Shown piece after piece: positions 10,366 to 22,404 of a stretch of 64,000 bases of DNA (position 1 is its first letter; the number at the start of each line of letters is the position of its first letter). A program made the translations under genes and the position numbers. A model generated the notes under the pieces. It saw only the letters and a program-made list of their open reading frames with translations, did no database searches and was not told the origin of the DNA. The stretch comes from a virus: IMG/VR virus record IMGVR_UViG_3300045988_153198; one strand, given 5' to 3'.

Positions 10366-12747
10366 ATGAGTAAAGAAGAAAAAGAATATAAGTTCTCTGG
10401 AAAAGTAGTTAGATGTACTTATGATACCCCTGATTTTCGTATTTTTGCGTTAGATGTGGATAGTAAAAAGTATCCAGACATAAAGAAGAATAAGTACAAT
10501 AATGTGACGATACTTGGAGAACTGCATGAATTAACTGTAGGAGTTACCTATGAAATTAGTGCTGTTGAGCAGCTAGGCAAATATGGAATGAGTTACAAGG
10601 TGTTGAATATTAAAAGAGATGTTCCAACTACTGAAGAGGATATGTACCTTTTTCTTAGTGAGATTTTAACACCAAATCAGGCAAAAGTTCTTTATGAGAA
10701 TTATCCTGATATTGTTCAGAGAGTAAAAGAAAATCGTTTAGATGATATTGATTTTAATAAACTTAAAGGTATTAAAGAATATACATTTGGAGTAATTAAA
10801 AGAAAAATCATTGAGAACTTTTGCTTGGCAGATTTGGTTGTTGAATTTCAGGGATTTCTCAACCTTTCAATGATTAAAAAGATTTATGCAAAATATACTT
10901 CTATCGAAAAGTTGAAAGAAAAATTGGCACAAGACCCATACAAATGTTTGTGTGGGTTAGCTGGTGTCGGATTTAAAACAGCAGATGGTATTTTATTGGA
11001 TATGGAAAAGGCATCAAAAGCCAATATTGAAAAAGGTAAAAAGCCTATTATAGAATTTAAGAGTGACCTTAGAACCAGTCCAGAACGATGCTTGTCATGT
11101 TTACTTTATATGTTGGAAGAGAATGAGAATAATGGTCATACAAAAATGAATCTGGCAGATTTAAGGGCTGAAATGATGAAATTAGTACCAGCTTGTGCCA
11201 ATCATTTTGTAACTGCGGTAAAAGCAGATGAAATTCATTATAACAAAGATACAATGGATGTGGCTTTAAGTAGAACATATAATCTTGAACATAAGATTGC
11301 TCAGACAATATTATATGTGTTGCATACAAAGAAAGATGAGTGGGATTGTGATATTGAAAAATATAGAACAGTTAATGGTTCAACACTTTCTGATGAGCAG
11401 ATGGGAGCTGTCGCAAATGTATGTAAATACCCAATCAGCATTTTAAATGGTGCTGGTGGTACTGGTAAGAGTTTTAGTACACAGGCAGTAATAAATATGC
11501 TTAAAGACCATCATAAGACATTTAGACTCTTTTCCCCAACAGGAAAGGCTGCAAAGGTACTTGCGGATTATACAAAAGAAAATGCCACTACAATTCATAG
11601 AGGTTTAGGTTATACTCCAATGGGATGGGGATATAATCAGGAACATAAGATTATGTGCGATATTGTAATTATTGATGAGTTTTCAATGGTAGATATTCAG
11701 TTATTTAAAAGAGTAATTGATGCGGTTGATTTTAACACTACCAAATTATTGCTTATTGGCGATAATGCTCAGTTGCCTTCAGTATCATGTGGTAACTTAC
11801 TGCATGACTTTATGGAAACTAAATTAATTCCAACAACCACATTAACAAAGGTATTTAGATATGGTGAAGGGGGCTTAATGAAAGTGGCTACAGATGTTAG
11901 ATTTTGTGAGCCATATTTAACAAGTTCTATGAAGTCTAAAATGACTACTTTTGGAGATAACAAAGACTATACATTTGTTGACCTTCCATCTGAAGTTATT
12001 CCCCAAAATGTTGTAGGGTTGTATAAAAAGCTTTTAGAAAAAGGATATAGTATTGATGATATACAGGTGTTGACTGCAAAAAATGTAGGTGATTGTGGTA
12101 CTATAGTTCTTAATAATATGATTCAGAAAGTAGCAAATCCGAATTATGGAAGCGAAGTATTTATGAAAGTTGGTGACACTACTTATTTTGAAGGCGATTT
12201 GGTAATTCAGAAAGTCAACAACTATAAAGCAGAACTTGATTTACAACATCTTAGCGAATGGGAAAAGGATATGTATTCTGCTTCAGAAGATGTACCAACT
12301 GCTTTTATTGCCAATGGCGAAACTGGTATTGTAAGAGAAATTTATAAATCTTACTGTATCATTGAATTTGATGGTGTATTCGTAAAATATTATCGTGCAG
12401 ATATGCAGATGATAAGTCTGGGATACTCAATTACAATCCATAAGAGTCAGGGTTCGTCCATTAAAATCGTGATTTTATGTACACCTCAGAGCCATATTTA
12501 TATGCTAAATAGTAATTTGCTCTATGTGGGATTAACACGAATGAAAGAAGGTTGTTATCATTTAGGAGCTTTAAACAGCATCAATCAGGCGGTCAAAAAG
12601 AAAGCAAATTTAACAAGACATACTCATATGCAAGAGTTGTTGCTTACAATGCCAGAAGAAGAATATATGGCATTAGAAAAAAGTGAAAAGAAAAAACCAG
12701 AGATAGACGGTACAGAGGAAGATACAGAAGAATTACCTTGGATTTAA
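10366..12747 (+). CDS. RecD-like SF1 DNA helicase
   Basis: SF1 motifs GAGGTGKSF, IIDEFSMVD, IGDNAQLPSV and TIHKSQGS. Acidic tail ...TEELPWI. Confidence 0.8.
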   Translation: MSKEEKEYKFSGKVVRCTYDTPDFRIFALDVDSKKYPDIKKNKYNNVTILGELHELTVGVTYEISAVEQLGKYGMSYKVLNIKRDVPTTEEDMYLFLSEILTPNQAKVLYENYPDIVQRVKENRLDDIDFNKLKGIKEYTFGVIKRKIIENFCLADLVVEFQGFLNLSMIKKIYAKYTSIEKLKEKLAQDPYKCLCGLAGVGFKTADGILLDMEKASKANIEKGKKPIIEFKSDLRTSPERCLSCLLYMLEENENNGHTKMNLADLRAEMMKLVPACANHFVTAVKADEIHYNKDTMDVALSRTYNLEHKIAQTILYVLHTKKDEWDCDIEKYRTVNGSTLSDEQMGAVANVCKYPISILNGAGGTGKSFSTQAVINMLKDHHKTFRLFSPTGKAAKVLADYTKENATTIHRGLGYTPMGWGYNQEHKIMCDIVIIDEFSMVDIQLFKRVIDAVDFNTTKLLLIGDNAQLPSVSCGNLLHDFMETKLIPTTTLTKVFRYGEGGLMKVATDVRFCEPYLTSSMKSKMTTFGDNKDYTFVDLPSEVIPQNVVGLYKKLLEKGYSIDDIQVLTAKNVGDCGTIVLNNMIQKVANPNYGSEVFMKVGDTTYFEGDLVIQKVNNYKAELDLQHLSEWEKDMYSASEDVPTAFIANGETGIVREIYKSYCIIEFDGVFVKYYRADMQMISLGYSITIHKSQGSSIKIVILCTPQSHIYMLNSNLLYVGLTRMKEGCYHLGALNSINQAVKKKANLTRHTHMQELLLTMPEEEYMALEKSEKKKPEIDGTEEDTEELPWI

Positions 12748-12763
12748 AACTACATAAAACTAC

Positions 12764-12792
12764 TTGACATCTATATAATAGTATGGTAAGAT
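12764..12792 (+). promoter_or_regulatory. Sigma-70-type promoter
   Basis: TTGACA (12764-12769), 17 nt, TAAGAT (12787-12792). The 16 nt ATAAAACTACTTGACA is identical to the promoter at 30957-30972. Confidence 0.5.
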
Positions 12793-12829
12793 ATAGGCAA
12801 AACACGAAAAGTGTTTGTTTTCTTACCAT

Positions 12830-12846
12830 ACTATTAAGGTTATACA
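12830..12846 (+). promoter_or_regulatory. Recurrent 17-mer, copy 3 (exact)
   Basis: ACTATTAAGGTTATACA lies directly after a long hairpin (GTATGGTAAGA/TCTTACCATAC, 12781-12831) and 23 nt before the ATG at 12869. Confidence 0.5.
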
Positions 12847-12868
12847 TCAAAATAAGGAGGTGATTATT

Positions 12869-13731
12869 ATGTATTCTATCGAAGTAAAAGATATGGATTT
12901 AGGTCAAATCGCAGAATCAGGACAGTGTTTTAGAATGAATTATATTGGTCAAGGAGCATACTCAATAGTAGCTTTTGGGCGATATGTTGAAGTATCACAA
13001 CATCTAAGCACTGTCATTTTTTCGTGTGATAAAGAAGAGTATGAGGAGATTTGGAAAGAGTATTTTGATATAGATACTGATTATTCAAAAATAAAAGAGG
13101 ATGCAAAATCAGATGAATTTTTGTCTGCTGCAATTCAATATGGTAGTGGTATCCGAATTTTGAAACAGGATTTATGGGAAATGCTTATAACCTTTATTAT
13201 CTCACAAAGAAAAAGTATTCCTAACATTAAAAAATGTGTTGAAACTTTATGTTATAGATATGGGAATCCGATTTCTGGCGAAGGTTTTACTGATAAACCT
13301 ATAAATGAATATGCTTTTCCTACAGCAGAAAGACTTAGCACCGTATCAATAGAGGAGCTGAGAGATTGTGGATTGGGATATAGAGATGTTTATGTGTCTG
13401 AAGCTGCTAAATGGTTTGTAAAAAATATGAGTCTTACAAATGATAAGAAATATGCATATAAAAACGATATTACATATTTGTCTGTATATCCTTATGCAAA
13501 AACCATTTTTACACAGATTACAGGTGTTGGAAACAAGATTGTGAACTGTGTATGCTTATTTGCTTTGCATCAATTAGAAGCTTGTCCTATTGACACACAT
13601 ATGCAACAAATAATTGACAATGTATATAAAGGGATTATGCCTGAATGGATGATTAGTGATAAAGCTGGAATCCTTCAACAGTATGCCTTTTATTATAAGA
13701 AAAATAATTTTATAAAGAAAGCGAGGTATGT

Positions 13732-13735
<4 letters not shown>
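12869..13735 (+). CDS. ogg: 8-oxoguanine DNA glycosylase-like HhH-GPD glycosylase
   Basis: N-terminal SGQCFRMN (Ogg-type GQxFRW). HhH-GPD block ITGVGNKIVNCVCLFAL...PIDTH. Start ATG 12869 follows AAGGAGG. Confidence 0.7.
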
Positions 13736-16334
<2,599 letters not shown>

Positions 16335-16352
16335 TTCCTAAAATTAAGGTAA

Positions 16353-16367
16353 TTCTCGTATAATAAT
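16353..16367 (+). promoter_or_regulatory. Promoter core TTCTCGTATAATAAT upstream of nrdD
   Basis: Canonical TATAAT at 16359-16364. The same 15-mer, followed by GTGG within 1-3 nt, heads the minus-strand cassettes at 31715-31729 and 32408-32422. Confidence 0.55.
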
Positions 16368-16393
16368 AGTGGGCGAAATTATTTTTATATATA

Positions 16394-16410
16394 ACTATTA
16401 AGGTTATACA
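16394..16410 (+). promoter_or_regulatory. Recurrent 17-mer, copy 4 (exact)
   Basis: ACTATTAAGGTTATACA, 37 nt upstream of the nrdD ATG at 16447. Confidence 0.5.
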
Positions 16411-16446
16411 CAAAATGCAAAGCCAGAAAGTGAGGACAACAAATGT

Positions 16447-18693
16447 ATGGTTAGAGCAGTAATTAAACGTGACGGAAGAGAAAACCCTTTCAATTCCGAA
16501 AAAATCTATGTAGCAGTTATGAAGGCTTTTAACGAAAGAGAAAAAAAAGATGGCAATGTAATTTCTGAAAAAGAGGATATTGCAAAACGAATTGCTAAAG
16601 AGATTTCTGAATCGTCAAAAGATAAAATGACTGTCGAAGAGATTCAGGACATTGTAGAAACCAAGTTAATGAAAAGTTCCAGACCAGAAGTTGCAAAAGA
16701 TTATATTCTCTATAGGGATAAGCGAACAGTGGTTCGTGACAGAAAAAACAAATTAGTTCAAAAAGTAATGATAAGAGCTAAATCTCAAATCAATGAACAT
16801 TCAAATGCAAATGTTGACGAAGAGAGTTTTTCTGGAAGAGAGAAAGAAGCATCTGCGGATATTGGAAAAACTATCGCACTTGAATATGAGGGGCTGTCTA
16901 AAGAAGTAGCAGAAGCTCATAAGATTATGTTGATTTATCAACATGACCTTGAAAAAGCAATTTATGGGGTACACAATTGTTTGAATTTATATTTTCAATA
17001 TATTTTTAAACATGGATTTAAAACCAGAAATGGTGATGTAAGACCTCCTAAATCATTTAGTACAGCTTGTCAACTTGTTGCAGTTGCTTTCCAATGTCAA
17101 AGTCAGGTACAGTTTGGCGGTGTTGGAACGATTCATCTCGATTATGATTTAGCACCTTTCGTAAGAATGAGTTTTTCGAAACATTTTAAAGAAGGTTTAA
17201 AGTGGGTTGAGCATGAATCAGAAGAATATATTAATCATGTACCAGATTCAATTGGAATTGAGGACGAAGAAGCTAAGTATCATACGGAAGCATATAAATA
17301 TGCTATGGAAATGCTAGAAAAGGAAGGTTCTCAATCAGCTCAGGGTTTATATCATAATCTCAATACATTGGAATCACGACAGGGTTCACAAGTTCCATTT
17401 ACATCTATCAATCTTGGAAGAGATACAACACCTGAAGGTAGAATGGTAACAAGATGGATGTTAGAAGCAAGTATTGATGGTATTGGCAAATTCCATTTAA
17501 CAAGTATTTTCCCAATTTCTATTTTTCAGTATAAAGTTGGTTGTAATGCAAATAAAGAAGATGCCAATTATGATTTAAAACAACTTGCATTAGAATCTAT
17601 GAGTAAAAGAATCTATCCAAACTGGTGTAATTGTGATTGGTCGCAAGCCCATGAAGATGAAGATAACCCAGATACCTATTTTAGTACGATGGGATGCAGA
17701 ACACTCGTTGGTTATGATAGACATGGACTTGGTTATATCAGACAAGGAAGAGGGAACAATGTACCAAATACAATAATTCTTCCGAAACTTGGAATTGAGT
17801 TTGGTACTTGTTTAGGAAAACGTACAGAACCAGACCTTAAAGGATTTTGGGATGCTTTTGAAGAAACTCTTAAACTTTGTGAAAAGGGGTTACTTGAAAG
17901 ATTTGAAATCATGATTGAACAATCGCCTAAAGCTGCACCTTTTATGTATCAGAATAATACTATTCAGGATGCAAAAGAGTGTAAAGAGAGTGTTTATAAT
18001 GCATTAAAACATAATACACTTGCTATCGGATATATTGGTATAGCCGAAATGTGTGTTGCTTTATTTGGTAAAAATCATGCAGAAGATAAAAAGGTACATG
18101 AATTTGCATTGTCTGTTGTAAAACGAATCAATGAATTTGCAGCAGAAGCATCAGAAAGAAATGACCTTAATTTCAGTTGTTATGCCACTCCAGCCGAAGG
18201 CTTGTGTCGAACAGCATTAAAAGCATTAAGAGAGCAATATGGTGTTATTAAAAATGTAACATCTCATGAGTTTCTTACAAATTCACATCACGTTCCTGTA
18301 TATCAGGAAATATCTATTTATGATAAGTTGCGTGTTGAAGCTCCATTTTGTAAATATCCAACAGGAGGATGTATTACTTATGTAGAGCTTGATAGTACAT
18401 TTGTAAAAAACTTAAAAGCAGTCGAAGATATTATTGATTATGCTTTTAAAGTGTTAGATATTCCATACTTAGCATTTAATTTCCCAATTGATAGTTGTCT
18501 TGATTGCGGTTATCAGGGTGAATTTAATGACTGTTGCCCGATGTGTCATAGCAAACATATTCAACAACTTAGAAGAGTTACAGGGTATTTAACAACAGAT
18601 TGGCACAATTTCAATGATGGAAAACAAGCAGAAGTTCAAGAGCGTGTGAAGAATAGTGCTTATCAGGATTCAAAGGATATTGTTGAATGGTAA
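16447..18693 (+). CDS. nrdD: Anaerobic (class III) ribonucleoside-triphosphate reductase
   Basis: ATP-cone N-terminus (VIKRDGRENPF), C-terminal Cys cluster CLDCGY...CPMCHS and glycyl-radical motif RRVTGYL. Confidence 0.9.
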   Translation: MVRAVIKRDGRENPFNSEKIYVAVMKAFNEREKKDGNVISEKEDIAKRIAKEISESSKDKMTVEEIQDIVETKLMKSSRPEVAKDYILYRDKRTVVRDRKNKLVQKVMIRAKSQINEHSNANVDEESFSGREKEASADIGKTIALEYEGLSKEVAEAHKIMLIYQHDLEKAIYGVHNCLNLYFQYIFKHGFKTRNGDVRPPKSFSTACQLVAVAFQCQSQVQFGGVGTIHLDYDLAPFVRMSFSKHFKEGLKWVEHESEEYINHVPDSIGIEDEEAKYHTEAYKYAMEMLEKEGSQSAQGLYHNLNTLESRQGSQVPFTSINLGRDTTPEGRMVTRWMLEASIDGIGKFHLTSIFPISIFQYKVGCNANKEDANYDLKQLALESMSKRIYPNWCNCDWSQAHEDEDNPDTYFSTMGCRTLVGYDRHGLGYIRQGRGNNVPNTIILPKLGIEFGTCLGKRTEPDLKGFWDAFEETLKLCEKGLLERFEIMIEQSPKAAPFMYQNNTIQDAKECKESVYNALKHNTLAIGYIGIAEMCVALFGKNHAEDKKVHEFALSVVKRINEFAAEASERNDLNFSCYATPAEGLCRTALKALREQYGVIKNVTSHEFLTNSHHVPVYQEISIYDKLRVEAPFCKYPTGGCITYVELDSTFVKNLKAVEDIIDYAFKVLDIPYLAFNFPIDSCLDCGYQGEFNDCCPMCHSKHIQQLRRVTGYLTTDWHNFNDGKQAEVQERVKNSAYQDSKDIVEW

Positions 18694-19181
18694 GACTTGC
18701 TGGTTTTGACTGGGAATCTTTTGCAGATGCAGAAGGGGTTTCATGTGTATTGTTTATTAGTGGTTGCCTTCATAATTGTGAAGGTTGCCACTCACCTCAA
18801 ACACATGATTTCAAATATGGAATAGAAATTACTGATAAAGTAATTGAGCATATAAATTCCGAAATTGACAAAAGACCCTTCCTAAGTGCATTAGTGTTAT
18901 CTGGTGGTGACCCAATGTATTCTGCAAAAGAATTAATACCCATTCTTTCAAAAATCCATATACCAAACAATAATATTTGGTGTTATTCAGGATTCACGCT
19001 CAAAGAAATTCAATCTAATCCTGATATGGCTGCATTGCTGAATCTGTGTACACATTTAGTGGATGGTCAGTTTGAAATTGACAAAAGAGATATAACGCTA
19101 AATTTCAGAGGAAGTAGTAATCAAAATGTTTGGAAGAAAGAAAATAATATATGGGTGAAACAATATGGGAAAGATGATTAA
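18687..19181 (+). CDS. nrdG: Class III RNR activating enzyme (radical SAM)
   Basis: Radical-SAM cluster CLHNCEGC. Overlaps the nrdD stop by 7 nt. Confidence 0.85.
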   Translation: MVRLAGFDWESFADAEGVSCVLFISGCLHNCEGCHSPQTHDFKYGIEITDKVIEHINSEIDKRPFLSALVLSGGDPMYSAKELIPILSKIHIPNNNIWCYSGFTLKEIQSNPDMAALLNLCTHLVDGQFEIDKRDITLNFRGSSNQNVWKKENNIWVKQYGKDD

Positions 19182-19347
19182 CACAGATGAATGTGAGAAA
19201 TGTAAGCATGGAACTATAGATGATTCTAATAAAGCAAGAGTCATGGTAATATGCAAAATCAAAAACAAAAAATACTATTATGGTCAATATATTCCTTGTG
19301 AATATATGGAAAGGAAAAATAAGAATGAAGAGAATTGCGAAATTTGA
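19165..19347 (+). CDS. Small Cys-containing hypothetical protein
   Basis: 60-codon ORF overlapping both neighbours. Contains CEKC and further Cys residues. No strong RBS. Confidence 0.3.
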   Translation: MGKMINTDECEKCKHGTIDDSNKARVMVICKIKNKKYYYGQYIPCEYMERKNKNEENCEI

Positions 19348-19840
19348 AAAGGTATCTTTTGAGGAATTTATGAAAGCCATTGAGGACATTTATCCTGATT
19401 GGGATGAAAATTATATCAGAAGAGTATATGACGATATTGTTCTTCCTAAAAGAGCTACAAGCGGTAGTGCTGGATATGATTTCTTTATGCCTTATAGTGC
19501 AACATTATTTCCAAATGATACTATCAAAGTTCCTACAGGTATTCGTTGCAAAATGGATGATGGATGGGTATTAAAGGCTTATCCTCGCAGCGGTCATGGA
19601 TTTAAGTTTGGAGTTCGTCTGGCTAATACAGTCGGCATTATTGATTCTGATTATTATTATTCAGATAATGAAGGACATATGTTTATGAAACTTGTCAATA
19701 GTGACCCTGTATTATCTAAACCAATTGAATTAAAAGAAGGAACAGCTTTTTGTCAGGGAATCTTCTCAGAATATGGAATTACAGTAGATGATGAAGCTAC
19801 AGCAGTTCGAAATGGTGGATTTGGAAGTACAAGTAAGTAA
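19325..19840 (+). CDS. dut: dUTP diphosphatase
   Basis: dUTPase motifs SGSAGYDF, YPRSGHGFK, GIIDSDYY and RNGGFGSTSK. Start set to the internal ATG at 19325. Confidence 0.85.
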   Translation: MKRIAKFEKVSFEEFMKAIEDIYPDWDENYIRRVYDDIVLPKRATSGSAGYDFFMPYSATLFPNDTIKVPTGIRCKMDDGWVLKAYPRSGHGFKFGVRLANTVGIIDSDYYYSDNEGHMFMKLVNSDPVLSKPIELKEGTAFCQGIFSEYGITVDDEATAVRNGGFGSTSK

Positions 19841-19861
19841 AACAAAAAGTTACTGATAATT

Positions 19862-19914
19862 TAGGCACAATATATAGTATTACATCAAACAATATATTCT
19901 ATATGTTGTGCCTA
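19862..19914 (+). terminator. Long hairpin after dut
   Basis: 16-bp stem TAGGCACAATATATAG / CTATATGTTGTGCCTA (one G-U pair) with a 21-nt loop, followed by TTT. Confidence 0.5.
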
Positions 19915-19920
19915 TTTGCA

Positions 19921-19940
19921 CATAAAATCCAGATTTTATG
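19921..19940. promoter_or_regulatory. AT-rich palindrome CATAAAAT-N4-ATTTTATG, copy b
   Basis: Perfect 8-bp inverted repeat that runs into the GAGG RBS of the ORF at 19951. Flanks match copy c (CACATAAAAT...ATTTTATGAGG). Confidence 0.4.
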
Positions 19941-19950
19941 AGGTGAAAAC

Positions 19951-20106
19951 ATGGATATTTATTATAGTTGTTGTGAAACTTGCGAATACTTATATCATTG
20001 TTTCGGTAATGATGAAGGATATAAAATTATTAATCACGATACATCTTTATATCTTCATCCAGATACATGTATTGACTATTATCCAGAAATAACTTGCAAA
20101 GGATAA
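19951..20106 (+). CDS. Small Cys-rich protein (51 aa, not in ORF track)
   Basis: ATG follows GAGGTG. Translation is MDIYYSCCETCEYLYHCFGNDEGYKIINHDTSLYLHPDTCIDYYPEITCKG. It fills an otherwise empty gap. Confidence 0.45.
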   Translation: MDIYYSCCETCEYLYHCFGNDEGYKIINHDTSLYLHPDTCIDYYPEITCKG

Positions 20107-20113
20107 AATAAAA

Positions 20114-20299
20114 ATGACAACATTAGAATTTAGGAATGAATTAATAAAACGATTGAATCAAAATGCCAATCGGTATCATGGTGGAACTTGTAATGGAAGA
20201 GAATATCCCAATATAGAAACTTTCGATGTGGATGAGGTATATGAAATTATTGATAGAGTATATGAAAATATTTCAGAAGATGTGAGGGTAAACATATGA
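20114..20299 (+). CDS. Hypothetical protein
   Basis: 61-codon ORF whose stop overlaps the next gene start (ATGA). Confidence 0.5.
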   Translation: MTTLEFRNELIKRLNQNANRYHGGTCNGREYPNIETFDVDEVYEIIDRVYENISEDVRVNI

Positions 20300-20559
20300 A
20301 AATATTAGCAATACATAATGACCATATCAAAAAATCAAAACCAGAAAGAGAATATGGTTGTGTTTGTAATAAATGTGGTACAGTATTTATTTTTAAAAGG
20401 TCTGAAGCTTGTATTCCAAGATGTCCTAATCCAAGCCCTAGTCAATGCACAGTTAGATGTCCAAACTCTAGTTGTCAAAATATTATGACATTGGCTCTAT
20501 GTAAGGAATTTAAAACTTCTAAAGATAAAAACGAGTTCAAATACAAATATGATGAGTAA
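20296..20559 (+). CDS. Cys-rich zinc-ribbon-like protein
   Basis: CVCNKCG...CIPRCP...CTVRCPNSSC pattern. Translationally coupled to the upstream gene. Confidence 0.5.
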   Translation: MKILAIHNDHIKKSKPEREYGCVCNKCGTVFIFKRSEACIPRCPNPSPSQCTVRCPNSSCQNIMTLALCKEFKTSKDKNEFKYKYDE

Positions 20560-20569
20560 GGTGAAATAA

Positions 20570-21046
20570 ATGAAGATATGTGTAACTGGTCATAGACCAA
20601 ATAAACTATATGGATATAATCTGTCAGATATACGATGGCAGAAGCTTAAAGAACAATTTAAGACTATTCTTGTGGAGAATGATTGTACAGAAGCAATCAC
20701 AGGTATGGCACTTGGAGTTGATACAGTATTTGCATTAGCTGTGTTAGAACTGAAATCTGACGGATATGATATTAAGTTGCATTGTGCAATTCCATGCAAA
20801 AATCATTCTTGTAAATGGATAAAAGAAAGTGTTGACCAATATAATAACATTCTTGAAAAAGCAGATATTGTGAAGTTGGTTTCCGATGAAGAGTACAAAC
20901 CTTGGTTAATGCAAAAAAGAAATGAATATATGGTTGATTTAGCTGACAAAGTTATTGCTGTATGGGATGGTTCTAAAAGTGGAACTGCTAATTGTGTGAA
21001 ATATGCTGAAAAAACAGGTAAAGGGATTATAAGAATTAACCCTTAA
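20570..21046 (+). CDS. YpsA/DUF1273-like SLOG-family protein
   Basis: Collinear with B. subtilis YpsA-type blocks: VTGHRPNKL, ITGMALGVD, AIPCKNH...W and AVWDGSKSGT. Confidence 0.6.
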   Translation: MKICVTGHRPNKLYGYNLSDIRWQKLKEQFKTILVENDCTEAITGMALGVDTVFALAVLELKSDGYDIKLHCAIPCKNHSCKWIKESVDQYNNILEKADIVKLVSDEEYKPWLMQKRNEYMVDLADKVIAVWDGSKSGTANCVKYAEKTGKGIIRINP

Positions 21047-21067
21047 AAAGAAAAGAGGTGAACACAA

Positions 21068-21469
21068 ATGAAGTGGTTAAAAGAAAAGATTAAACAGTGG
21101 TTAAGAAAAGAAGTATTAAAGGAAGAGATTCAAAAATTAAATCAGGCACAGGCTTGTTACAACAGAGCAAGCTGCTTATATGAGGAGTCTCTTGAAAACA
21201 ATAGAGAGATGCAAAAAATGTTCAATGAGATTACCGATGTGGCAGTAGATGTTAATTTTAAAGAAGAACATTCATGGGCGGTTGTGTGTATCGCTGGTAG
21301 ACCTGAATATGTAAAATTCATTCCTTTGAATAATTCAGATGCCAGAACAGTTATTGAGTTCTTAAAGAATTTTCAATATTCAAAACATATTATTGATAGT
21401 CCATTAAGATTTAGACATATGTTAAGTGATTATTTTTGTGAGGGAAGGAAAAAGAATGGCTCAATATGA
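21068..21469 (+). CDS. Hypothetical protein
   Basis: 133-codon ORF with an RBS (AGAGGTG) upstream. N-terminus predicted to be coiled-coil. Confidence 0.5.
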   Translation: MKWLKEKIKQWLRKEVLKEEIQKLNQAQACYNRASCLYEESLENNREMQKMFNEITDVAVDVNFKEEHSWAVVCIAGRPEYVKFIPLNNSDARTVIEFLKNFQYSKHIIDSPLRFRHMLSDYFCEGRKKNGSI

Positions 21470-21797
21470 TAATAGCGTTTGGAAAGATATAAATGGAACT
21501 GTTCGAAAAATCAGAGAAATGGACACAATGCACTTATGTTTTGTAGCCAAACAATGTGAATGTAGTAAAAACAAAGGATTAATTATAAATAAACTTCCTG
21601 AAATAAGAAAAGAATTGAAGAAAAGAATTTTTCTTAATGAATTTTCTGAAGAAGATTTTCATTTTCATATAGAAGGAATACGTTTGGGATTATATTGTTT
21701 TTATCCTGACGAGGGAGAAACTGGATTAGAAGGATATTATATGGATTTATTGAATCATTATCCAATATTTTATCCTCCCGAAATGATTTTTGGATAG
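21456..21797 (+). CDS. Hypothetical protein
   Basis: Start set to ATG 21456 (MAQYDNS...) behind GGGAAGGAAAAAG. Confidence 0.45.
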   Translation: MAQYDNSVWKDINGTVRKIREMDTMHLCFVAKQCECSKNKGLIINKLPEIRKELKKRIFLNEFSEEDFHFHIEGIRLGLYCFYPDEGETGLEGYYMDLLNHYPIFYPPEMIFG

Positions 21798-21808
21798 GAG
21801 GTATATTT

Positions 21809-22039
21809 GTGAAATCCAAAGAAGAATCAATAAATTTAATAAGTAATTGTTTCAAAGAATTTCCATTAGAATATCAAAATAGCGAACTGCTTATTATATG
21901 TTTTTACGACAATAAAATACATAATATAAGATATAACCCTAAAACAAAAGAAATATCAGAACCTTTACCAGATGTAGATATGTTATATATTATGCCAGAA
22001 CCAAAAGATAAACCTATAACAATAAAGTTTGAAGAATAA
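21809..22039 (+). CDS. Hypothetical protein
   Basis: GTG start behind AGGAGG. 76 codons. Confidence 0.45.
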   Translation: MKSKEESINLISNCFKEFPLEYQNSELLIICFYDNKIHNIRYNPKTKEISEPLPDVDMLYIMPEPKDKPITIKFEE

Positions 22040-22053
22040 GGAGGTATCATTTT

Positions 22054-22404
22054 ATGAACACAGAGAACAAATCATCTGTTCTTGTCATTAAAGACAGAGG
22101 AACAGGGAAAAGCACACAGTTGGTCTATACCAGTGCAGTAACACAGTATCCGATTATTGTACAACGCAGAACCTCAATTATGCATTTGATGGATTTGGCA
22201 AATGAGCTTGGAGTAGTTATTCCTACACCTATGACAGTAGATGATTATAAAGCCAGAGGAAGAATCCGTGAAAACCATATTCTTATTGACGAAGGTTATG
22301 ATTTAATCGGTGAAGCTCTTGATGCTTATATGGGTACTCATGTAGTAGCAGTTACTTTATCAGATAAAATAAAGGAAATGGACAGTATTAGAAGGAGAGT
22401 ATAA
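22054..22404 (+). CDS. Small P-loop-like protein
   Basis: DRGTGKST Walker-A-like motif. RBS AGGAGG upstream. Confidence 0.45.
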   Translation: MNTENKSSVLVIKDRGTGKSTQLVYTSAVTQYPIIVQRRTSIMHLMDLANELGVVIPTPMTVDDYKARGRIRENHILIDEGYDLIGEALDAYMGTHVVAVTLSDKIKEMDSIRRRV

